Below are positions 24,870 to 32,000 of a stretch of DNA of 32,000 nt, piece by piece. A program made the translations under genes and the position numbers. How positions within the stretch are numbered: position 1 is the stretch's first letter; each line of letters begins with the position of its first letter. This DNA is from Nitrosotalea sp. (GTDB lineage Archaea; Thermoproteota; Nitrososphaeria; Nitrososphaerales; Nitrosopumilaceae): the NCBI GenBank assembly GCA_050749285.1, contig JBOGQX010000014.1:126397-158396 (forward strand). Direction: 5' to 3'. The notes below the pieces were generated by a model. The model made no database searches. It saw only the letters and a program-made list of their open reading frames with translations, and was not told where the DNA came from.

Positions 24870-25608
24870 GTGATAGCCTCCCAAGATTTTTTTTCATTTC
24901 AACAATGACACGGTTTAAATTTTTCTTATTGTCAAACTTGTACTCTCCAAGTTCTTTTTGTTTTAACTTCTTGCATGTCTTGATTAGGGCATGCATCGCT
25001 CTTACCACATTATCTACTATTGTAATATCAGCAACCTGTGCTGTTCTAGAAAGTGGATTAAGATCAAATGCTATTACTTTTTTTCCAATTTTTTTTAATG
25101 CGATAGTCCTGTCCCCATCTTCTAGTGGAACCAATACAACATCTGCAGCAAATATGCCTCTCTTGTCAACTACACGTCTTGCACTGTCAAGTTTTGGAAT
25201 CTTCGTTGAGAATTTTGTCTCCAACCCCAAAACTTGTTTTGCGCCATTTTTTACAAGAACCTTTGCTATTGCTTTTTTTCGCTTTTCACTTGCATAAAAC
25301 AGGTTGACCTCAATTTTTGACCCGGTTATTTTTGATAGCTGTACAATCTCTTTTGGACACAATGCTGCAAAGTTACCGTTAACAGAGATGACAGGAGATC
25401 TCGCCAAAAGTAGCTCTCTTGCAGCAGCCCAAATCGCATCCTGAGAGTATCTAGTTGTCTTTTCACCTATGAGATAATCGAACATCTCGCCCCTTCCATG
25501 TGCCATGAGGCCTTCCTCTACCACTAGACCATCTTTGTATCCATGGACTAGTTTTTCTCTAATATGCAGGGATGCAGCCCTGGGATGTGATTTTGGGATT
25601 ATTAACAC
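24862..25608 (-). CDS. Archaeal phosphopantothenate synthetase (4-phosphopantoate--beta-alanine ligase)
   Basis: 248 aa. The N-terminus IPKSHPRAASLHIREKLVHGYKDGLVVEEGLMAHGRGEMFDYLIGE matches my recollection of the archaeal PPS (COG1701) family. Its position between pantoate kinase and panB supports the call. Confidence 0.75.
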   Translation of the reverse strand: MLIIPKSHPRAASLHIREKLVHGYKDGLVVEEGLMAHGRGEMFDYLIGEKTTRYSQDAIWAAARELLLARSPVISVNGNFAALCPKEIVQLSKITGSKIEVNLFYASEKRKKAIAKVLVKNGAKQVLGLETKFSTKIPKLDSARRVVDKRGIFAADVVLVPLEDGDRTIALKKIGKKVIAFDLNPLSRTAQVADITIVDNVVRAMHALIKTCKKLKQKELGEYKFDNKKNLNRVIVEMKKNLGRLSHA

Positions 25609-26492
25609 TAGGAAACTCTAACCCCACTCTTATCGATCTCTGTTTTTATTATAATTCCGTGATATTTTTTCAAGATCTCCAGAATATCTGATTTTTTGGA
25701 TTTTGGAACCAACGTAAAGACAGTCTCTCCAAACATTGCAACACCACACTTGAATCCATGATCCCTAAGATCATCTATAACTTGATGCATAGTTGGGGTA
25801 ATCACATCAACATACTTTGCAAATTCAAGTGACATGTCAAGAAATTCCATCTGGTCTCTTGATTTTAGCAGTCTTGAGACCATCTTTCCACCAATACCAT
25901 TTATCTTGGATAGCTCAGTTCCAATGAATTTCTTGGTAGAAATGGGGGAAAAACAAATTACGATCGCCAAATAATCACTATGAATTTTTCGCAAGCTTCC
26001 AATTCCTGGTGCTCCGTGCTTTGTCCTGATCTCAAAGCCACCGTGATATGATGAAAGTACAGTACCAAGACCTGTCTTACAATGAATCTCCGCATTGTGA
26101 GCTATATGGCCCACCTGAGTTCGAGAAAGATTTGTACCAAGTGCTTTGTTTAGTGCAAATGCCAAGCTCAGTGCAACAGCTCCACTTGAACCAAGACCAT
26201 AGCCTACTGGAATGGCAACATCATGTACTATATCTAAAAAATAATTATGCGTTGCCAGCTTTAAGAATTCGTTTGCAACATATTCAGAAACCTGTGTGTT
26301 ATCTGACTTGTAACCAGTTACCGTGATCTTAAATCCTAGTTTATCAGAACTTGTAACCTTGACCTTTGTAGTAACACCCTCCTTGATAGAAAATCCTGCA
26401 CCAATGGAACCATTAAGCTCAGGCCGTGTCTGCTCTACCTCTGCTTTGAAAAAGCCAGTTATATGACCCGGGGCAAAGGCTACTGCCTGCAT
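25608..26492 (-). CDS. Pantoate kinase (GHMP kinase family, archaeal CoA route)
   Basis: It has the GHMP motif PVGYGLGSSGAVALSLA and the N-terminus AFAPGHITGFF. I prefer Met at 26492 over 26531. The stop-codon base at 25608 is shared with the first base of the downstream PPS start codon. Confidence 0.75.
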   Translation of the reverse strand: MQAVAFAPGHITGFFKAEVEQTRPELNGSIGAGFSIKEGVTTKVKVTSSDKLGFKITVTGYKSDNTQVSEYVANEFLKLATHNYFLDIVHDVAIPVGYGLGSSGAVALSLAFALNKALGTNLSRTQVGHIAHNAEIHCKTGLGTVLSSYHGGFEIRTKHGAPGIGSLRKIHSDYLAIVICFSPISTKKFIGTELSKINGIGGKMVSRLLKSRDQMEFLDMSLEFAKYVDVITPTMHQVIDDLRDHGFKCGVAMFGETVFTLVPKSKKSDILEILKKYHGIIIKTEIDKSGVRVS

Positions 26493-26554
26493 GAGGAGTT
26501 TAAATTTAGATAAAAATATAAAAATGATCATTATATTATTTATATTGATATAAA

Positions 26555-27529
26555 TTGACTAAATTCATCCGACGCCTACAGAAAATTGGCAGTAGTATGC
26601 TGGTCTCGTTACCAATTGAATGGGTTGAAGCAAACAAGCTTGAAAAAAGTGATGAGGTCGAGATTGAGACTGGAACCAACAGTGTTTCTATCACCCCTAC
26701 TGGAGGGAGCAAGCCTACAAAAGAGGTCACAATTGGATATCCCGTTTCAAAGGAGGAAAACATCAGCGCTGATGTTACGGGAGCCTATCTTCTTGGCTAT
26801 GATATAATCAAGATAAAAGGCAAGTCTCCCATTTCAATTGAAGACAGAGAAAGGATTCGCGGACTGATGCGACGATTGGTTGGAATGGAGATTGTAGATG
26901 AAGACGCGTCCAACGTTAATGTCCAATTTCTTTTGGATGCCACAACGCTTAGCCCAGACAAGATCTTAAAACGAATGAGCTCAATAGCGCTTGGACTGTT
27001 TCGTGATACAATAAACTCACTTACCTCCGAAGACAAAACTGTCTTGCAGACAATTCCAAACAGGGATGATGAAATAGACAGACAATATTTTTTGCTTGTG
27101 CGGTTGATCCGAAGTGCATTAGTGGACAAGAAACTTGCAACAGCATTAAACCTTGGAAACATTGACATCTTGGATTATAGAATTGCAGCAAACTTGCTTG
27201 AGACCGCAGGTGATACTATTGTTGAGCTTGCAAATTACATTCAAGATCTATCATCTACAAAAACGGATCTACAAAGATTTCACACCATGGCCACAGAAAT
27301 TGAAAACATCCATGAGAAAGCAATCACATCATTCATTGAGAACAATAGATTGCTTGCAATTGAGGCCATAAAATTACAACGAAGTTATCAAAAGAAGGTC
27401 TCTGATATTCGTTCCTCTCTTGAACCAAAGAAGCAGATATCGACACAACTAGATCTTGTTTATACACTTGAAAAGCTTGCAAGATGTTGGGCGGATGTTG
27501 CTGATCTAGTAAAGCCAGTCTATACATGA
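26555..27529 (+). CDS. phoU: PhoU-family phosphate-uptake regulator with an N-terminal AbrB/SpoVT-type DNA-binding domain
   Basis: [33 protein letters not shown] is the AbrB swapped-hairpin pattern. It is followed by two PhoU-like helical repeats ([13 protein letters not shown] and a later repeat). Confidence 0.78.
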   Translation: MTKFIRRLQKIGSSMLVSLPIEWVEANKLEKSDEVEIETGTNSVSITPTGGSKPTKEVTIGYPVSKEENISADVTGAYLLGYDIIKIKGKSPISIEDRERIRGLMRRLVGMEIVDEDASNVNVQFLLDATTLSPDKILKRMSSIALGLFRDTINSLTSEDKTVLQTIPNRDDEIDRQYFLLVRLIRSALVDKKLATALNLGNIDILDYRIAANLLETAGDTIVELANYIQDLSSTKTDLQRFHTMATEIENIHEKAITSFIENNRLLAIEAIKLQRSYQKKVSDIRSSLEPKKQISTQLDLVYTLEKLARCWADVADLVKPVYT

Positions 27530-28032
27530 TACTTTTTTTTCATTGCATATGTAAGTACTGCACAGATTGTCTTTGAATCAATAATTTTTCCTGATAAAAT
27601 CATTTTCAGTACTTTTTTCAAGTCAATCTTTACTACTGAAATTATCTCATCCTCGTCTAGATTCAAGCTAGATTTTTTTTTGATTCCAGATGCCAAAAAG
27701 CAATGGATTACTTCTGTGTTGTAGCCTATGGAAGGATAGTATTTCACAAGAGGCGTCATTTTTCGTGCCTCATAGCCTGTTTCCTCTTCGAGTTCCCTAA
27801 AGGCGCAGTGTAGTGGGCTCTCACCTCTTTCAAGTGTTCCTGCAGGAATTTCAAGTACAAAACCATGTGGAAATCTATGCTGTTTGACAAGCAATATCTT
27901 ACCATTCTCGATGGCAAGAACAGCCGCAGCACCACGATGTTCTATTATTTCTCTAGTAACTTTGCGTTTGTTAAGTGATAGTGTGTAAACACTTAACGAA
28001 AGAACCTTTCCTTCAAAAATTTTCTTTCTCAT
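27520..28032 (-). CDS. NUDIX hydrolase (ADP-ribose pyrophosphatase-like)
   Basis: The Nudix box is [23 protein letters not shown]. The start is either Met 28032 ([10 protein letters not shown]) or Met 28074. The latter would overlap the upstream Lrp gene by 17 nt. Confidence 0.8.
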   Translation of the reverse strand: MRKKIFEGKVLSLSVYTLSLNKRKVTREIIEHRGAAAVLAIENGKILLVKQHRFPHGFVLEIPAGTLERGESPLHCAFRELEEETGYEARKMTPLVKYYPSIGYNTEVIHCFLASGIKKKSSLNLDEDEIISVVKIDLKKVLKMILSGKIIDSKTICAVLTYAMKKKYHV

Positions 28033-28057
28033 GATAAAATCTTGATTTTTGCATATG

Positions 28058-28963
28058 TTATGAATGTATCCCATACATTAGGTGCAGTTTTTTAGATTTT
28101 TTTGTTTGCTCGATTGCATCTTTGACCCACTTTTGAGGAAATGTAATAGTCTTTGGTATGAAAAGATCCGCAGTTTTTATTCCTTCTACATCTTGAACTT
28201 TCTGAATGATATCATCAATCTTGAAGAGATTGTCACTATACATAAAGAGAACAATATAGCTCATGTGAACAAATGGTCTTTGCAAAAAGTATACAGAGAA
28301 TTCTTTTTTAAGTTTTTGGAGAGTTTTATCAATATCTCCTGGTACTGCAACAAGTATTGTAAAAGGAATGTATCCTCCCATCTCTCGTGGATTGTAAATC
28401 AAAGTAAATTGTATTGCTTCGTCATTTTGCAATTTTTCAATTGATCTAGCTACTGTCTTTGTTGAAAAATCAGACAGCTTGGCTATCTCTTCTATCTTTA
28501 ACCTAGGATCTTTTAATAATATGTCGATTATTTCGATATCAGTTTTAGTGAGGTCTGATCTTATTTCCGGATTTTTTGCTTCAAATATACTTAGCACTCT
28601 AACATCTTTTAGAAGATTTTTCGCAAGCTCCATCTTTTGTACTGGATCATCTTTTACTACAATACTACATACCGTTACTCCACCCACACAAGGTACTACA
28701 AAAAATGGTTCTCCAACCAATCTTATCTTGTTTAAAATATCATCAAGCTCTTTTCCTGTGACCACAAAATAGAGAACACTGTATCCTAGTACCGGAGGTT
28801 CAATTTTTAAAGCAAATTCTCCAATGATCTTTTTTTCCATCATTTTTTGAATTCTAGACCGTATACTTACGCCAGAAATTCCAATCTCTTTGCCGATTTG
28901 TCTATCTGGGGTCCTACAATTGTCTACTAGATGAGATAGAATCTGCATATCTAATTTGTCCAT
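28058..28963 (-). CDS. Tandem (internally duplicated) Lrp/AsnC-family transcriptional regulator
   Basis: There are two HTH_AsnC units, each followed by a RAM-like segment: [37 protein letters not shown] and [37 protein letters not shown]. Confidence 0.75.
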   Translation of the reverse strand: MDKLDMQILSHLVDNCRTPDRQIGKEIGISGVSIRSRIQKMMEKKIIGEFALKIEPPVLGYSVLYFVVTGKELDDILNKIRLVGEPFFVVPCVGGVTVCSIVVKDDPVQKMELAKNLLKDVRVLSIFEAKNPEIRSDLTKTDIEIIDILLKDPRLKIEEIAKLSDFSTKTVARSIEKLQNDEAIQFTLIYNPREMGGYIPFTILVAVPGDIDKTLQKLKKEFSVYFLQRPFVHMSYIVLFMYSDNLFKIDDIIQKVQDVEGIKTADLFIPKTITFPQKWVKDAIEQTKKSKKLHLMYGIHS

Positions 28964-29080
28964 TATCTATGATATCATCTCGTTATTGTTAATAGATAGA
29001 ACATCTTATATATATAATTGTCTGATTCATTAAGAAATCTATCATTAAAGATTAAATATCAGACTAATCTTTAGTTATTC

Positions 29081-30280
29081 GTGGATTATAGAGCGCAGAT
29101 AGGCATTAGATTCATCACTAGACGTAAAGGCAGCTTAATTGCGGCATGTCTTGCAATAGCAATTGCCATACTGGTGGTCCAAGTAAATTCCGTAATCTTC
29201 CAAGGTTTGTATGATGCCATTGTCAGAGATCTAGTTAACTATCGATTCGGTCATGTTTTCATATCAAAAAGAGGAGATTTTATCACAAGATCAGATTTTA
29301 TGTTAGTCAACTGGCTTCAAAGAACTCCATGGGTTCAAGCAGCTGCACCAAGACTTGAATATTCAGCACTATCAATTAATTCAACTGTAAACGGTCAACT
29401 GATCCAAGATCAAAATGCTCCTGTTCCTGTACTTGGTGTCAAACCAGAATGGGATGTGGCGGCATCTACCTTATCTCAAACCGTAACAGGGCAGTATGTT
29501 TCGTACAGAGACTCGATAGTTTTGGGTCAGCTAGTTCAGAGAGATCTTGGATATCCACAAATTGGTGATACTGTAAAGATAAAGTTCAAAGACCAATTTG
29601 GCAGAGATGTCCTTAAAAGATTTACAATTGTTGGAATTTCTGCAACTGCCGGTAATCAAGGCAATGATAATGGTGTAATAATCAATATTGATACATTACG
29701 AGAAATTATGGATAGGCCATCCCAAAGCTCAGAAATTATTGTCAGATTAAATGATCCAACAAAAGCTACAGACGTCAGGGATCTATTTCTTAGTGCATTC
29801 CCATCAAGTGCAGATAAGTTCAAAGCTCAGACGATAGAAGATGCAGCAGAAGTGCAACTTGCTGGTTTCAGATCAGGCATAGCACTAATTAACCTAGTTG
29901 GATTTTTCGGAATGATATCATCTGCTTTCGGTGTAGTAACAATTCAGATGATGCAAGTAACAAGCAAGACACGTGATATTGGTGTAATGAGAGCAATTGG
30001 TTCAAAGAGAAAAGATATCCTATTGGTATTCATCTTCCAGGGAATTGTAATAGGTGTTATCGGTGCTGCTATGGGAACATGTCTAGCAATTGGTTACACC
30101 ACATATGCCAAGGAAACTCACATGACATTTAATGGAAGCTTGGCCTTAGAGGTCAAATACAACTGGATAGGTCTTATTCAAACTGATATCATGGCTTTTA
30201 CACTTGCTATCGTTGCATCGATATATCCCGCATTCAAGGCTACAAAGCTACAACCAGTGGAGGCTATGCGAACTGGCTGA
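29081..30280 (+). CDS. ABC transporter permease, FtsX/MacB-LolE type
   Basis: 399 aa. The layout is an N-terminal TM helix, a large extracytoplasmic domain, then three C-terminal TM helices ending in the typical IYPAFKATKLQPVEAMR. It has a GTG start. Confidence 0.85.
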   Translation: MDYRAQIGIRFITRRKGSLIAACLAIAIAILVVQVNSVIFQGLYDAIVRDLVNYRFGHVFISKRGDFITRSDFMLVNWLQRTPWVQAAAPRLEYSALSINSTVNGQLIQDQNAPVPVLGVKPEWDVAASTLSQTVTGQYVSYRDSIVLGQLVQRDLGYPQIGDTVKIKFKDQFGRDVLKRFTIVGISATAGNQGNDNGVIINIDTLREIMDRPSQSSEIIVRLNDPTKATDVRDLFLSAFPSSADKFKAQTIEDAAEVQLAGFRSGIALINLVGFFGMISSAFGVVTIQMMQVTSKTRDIGVMRAIGSKRKDILLVFIFQGIVIGVIGAAMGTCLAIGYTTYAKETHMTFNGSLALEVKYNWIGLIQTDIMAFTLAIVASIYPAFKATKLQPVEAMRTG

Positions 30281-30284
30281 TAAC

Positions 30285-30971
30285 GTGCTTGAAGTACACA
30301 ATGTGGAAAAGGTATACGGTGAAGGTGATACTGCAGTACACGCATTACAAAATATTAACTTCACTGTCAGAAGGGGAGAGTTTATCTTAATAGTGGGCAG
30401 TTCCGGTTCGGGCAAATCAACGCTGCTTAACATGATAGGACTTCTTGACAGACCTACAAGTGGCAAGGTCATAATCGATGGAGTAGACACCTCAACTCTC
30501 AATGATAACCAACTTTCATCATTTAGGAATTCTAAACTCGGATTCATATTTCAATTTTCAAATCTATTGTCCGACTTGACAGTTTTGGAAAATGTTCTTT
30601 TGCCAAGAATGATCCAAGGGACAGAAGAGAGTGCAGTAGGGGAGGCAAAGACACTTCTTAGGACTGTGGGCCTAGAACCACAACTTAATAAATTTGGAAA
30701 CAAAATATCAGGAGGCCAAGCTCAAAGAGTTGCTATTACACGAGCCTTGATAAACAAGCCAGCAATTGTTTTAGCTGATGAGCCAACTGGAAATCTGGAC
30801 TCTTTATCAGCTGAGACCACAGTACATCTTCTAAAATCATTGAATAGAAAACTTAATCAAACTTTTGTAATAGTTACACATGACAAACCACAATTTGGTG
30901 AAGTTGACAAAGTAATAACAATAAAAGATGGAAAAATTGTGGAAGGAGAATTGGAGGCAAGTGTAACATGA
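30285..30971 (+). CDS. ABC transporter ATP-binding protein (MacB/LolD-like)
   Basis: Walker A is GSSGSGKST, the signature is ISGGQAQRVAITRAL, Walker B is VLADEPTGNLD, and the H-loop is VTHD. I prefer the in-frame GTG at 30285, just after the permease stop, over ATG 30204, which would overlap the permease by 77 nt. Confidence 0.88.
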   Translation: MLEVHNVEKVYGEGDTAVHALQNINFTVRRGEFILIVGSSGSGKSTLLNMIGLLDRPTSGKVIIDGVDTSTLNDNQLSSFRNSKLGFIFQFSNLLSDLTVLENVLLPRMIQGTEESAVGEAKTLLRTVGLEPQLNKFGNKISGGQAQRVAITRALINKPAIVLADEPTGNLDSLSAETTVHLLKSLNRKLNQTFVIVTHDKPQFGEVDKVITIKDGKIVEGELEASVT

Positions 30972-32000
30972 ATTACAAGATTATTCTTTTAGCTGGTATA
31001 CTTCTCGTAGGTCAGCTAGTGATACCAAGCTTTGCACAAGTTTCTGACATTCCACCTCTGGGAGCAAGTCCATTTGAACATGGCTTTACCGATGTCAAAT
31101 TACTCAATGCCTACTTTGGATATCCAAATCAAAAGATCGAAGTACAACCAGGAGACCAAAATGTTCCGTTTACTATACTATTTTCAAATGTAGGTACAGA
31201 AGATATTTCTGGAATTCGTGGACTCCTTAGTCTTCCTTTGGGGTTCACCTCAGCTACTCCTTTAGTTGAGGGATTAATTGAGGCTGACAATTCACAGATT
31301 GCAACATCTGGTAGCTCCTTTACTCTTACCTTCTATGTCAACCTAGACAAGTCACTAGGTATTCAAGACTATCCTGGAACTGTCAAGCTTACATATGAGA
31401 GAGTGAGAGAAAATGGCCTTCGCCAAGAATTCTATGACTTTAACTTTAAGATTACAGGAAAAAGTGTTCTAAACATGAAAGCAGAAAATACATTCATACA
31501 GCCTGAGTCAAATAACCAAATTGTAGTTCAAATCTCCAATAACGGTACAGCACCCCTAAACAACGTAGACATTACATTAGCTACACAATCTAATTCCACT
31601 ACAGGTTCATCTAATCTACAAAATGTTGCAATAGACAAACGTCATTGGAACATAGGTACTGTTGATGCTCAAACAACAAAAACAATTTCATTTAATATTT
31701 TTGTACCACCGGATCTTGCAGGTCAAACTTTACACGTACCATTCACTGTAACATACCTTGATGCACAGGGAGACCAAGTAACAAATACAGGAGTAGGAGA
31801 TCTGATTGTAGGACCTGCCAGTACAAATTTCACTGTCAAGCTCTCAACTCCTTCTTATGTATCCATGGGAATTATGCAAAATCTCACTCTTGGATTACAG
31901 AATTTCTCTCCATCAAAAATTTCTGATATCTCAATTACACTTGTACCAAGTTCTTCCAATTTGAGGATTCTGCAGGATCCAAGATGGTTTATACAAGAAA
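30968..32000 (+). CDS. Secreted repeat-domain protein (CARDB / S-layer-domain-like), 3' end outside the window
   Basis: It is absent from the track because no stop is reached. My translation starts MNYKIILLAGILLVGQLVIPSFAQ, which is a signal peptide. The ATG overlaps the ABC ATPase stop (ATGA). It has repeated beta-rich modules with N.G..P..NV-type segments. Confidence 0.6.
   Translation, partial: MNYKIILLAGILLVGQLVIPSFAQVSDIPPLGASPFEHGFTDVKLLNAYFGYPNQKIEVQPGDQNVPFTILFSNVGTEDISGIRGLLSLPLGFTSATPLVEGLIEADNSQIATSGSSFTLTFYVNLDKSLGIQDYPGTVKLTYERVRENGLRQEFYDFNFKITGKSVLNMKAENTFIQPESNNQIVVQISNNGTAPLNNVDITLATQSNSTTGSSNLQNVAIDKRHWNIGTVDAQTTKTISFNIFVPPDLAGQTLHVPFTVTYLDAQGDQVTNTGVGDLIVGPASTNFTVKLSTPSYVSMGIMQNLTLGLQNFSPSKISDISITLVPSSSNLRILQDPRWFIQE

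Overview
This is an AT-rich archaeal chromosome segment that is densely coding on both strands. The gene content includes sn-glycerol-1-phosphate dehydrogenase, proteasome beta subunit, the aCPSF1 beta-CASP RNase, archaeal NMN adenylyltransferase, and the archaeal pantoate-kinase/phosphopantothenate-synthetase route to CoA. Together with the overall sequence style, this looks like a marine ammonia-oxidising thaumarchaeon (Nitrosopumilales-like). That assignment is inference, not a database result. I found no rRNA, no convincing tRNA, no CRISPR array, and no transposase or integrase. Two regions stand out. (1) Bases 1-4403 hold a polyphosphate neighbourhood: a CHAD protein, Ppx/GppA, a SixA-like phosphatase, and, divergently transcribed, two translationally coupled thymidylate-kinase-like paralogues. 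One paralogue has a canonical P-loop and the other a Lys-to-Arg P-loop. I regard this pair as a candidate split polyphosphate kinase. (2) Bases ~9.3-15.3 kb form an accessory-looking stretch of orphan genes: a secreted protein, a membrane protein, an orphan GXGXG beta-helix protein, a zinc-ribbon peptide and a 405-aa orphan. This stretch is punctuated by two homologous non-coding elements of about 260 and 340 nt in direct orientation. Each element has a conserved leader, an array of 6-9 units with strict 21-22 bp periodicity (core CTGACGGTAAA), and a conserved terminal hairpin. A possible degenerate third copy of the terminal block lies nearby. I cannot assign these elements to any known class. 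The rest of the window is housekeeping: a CoA operon, PhoU, NUDIX, a tandem Lrp regulator, and an ABC exporter followed by a secreted protein.
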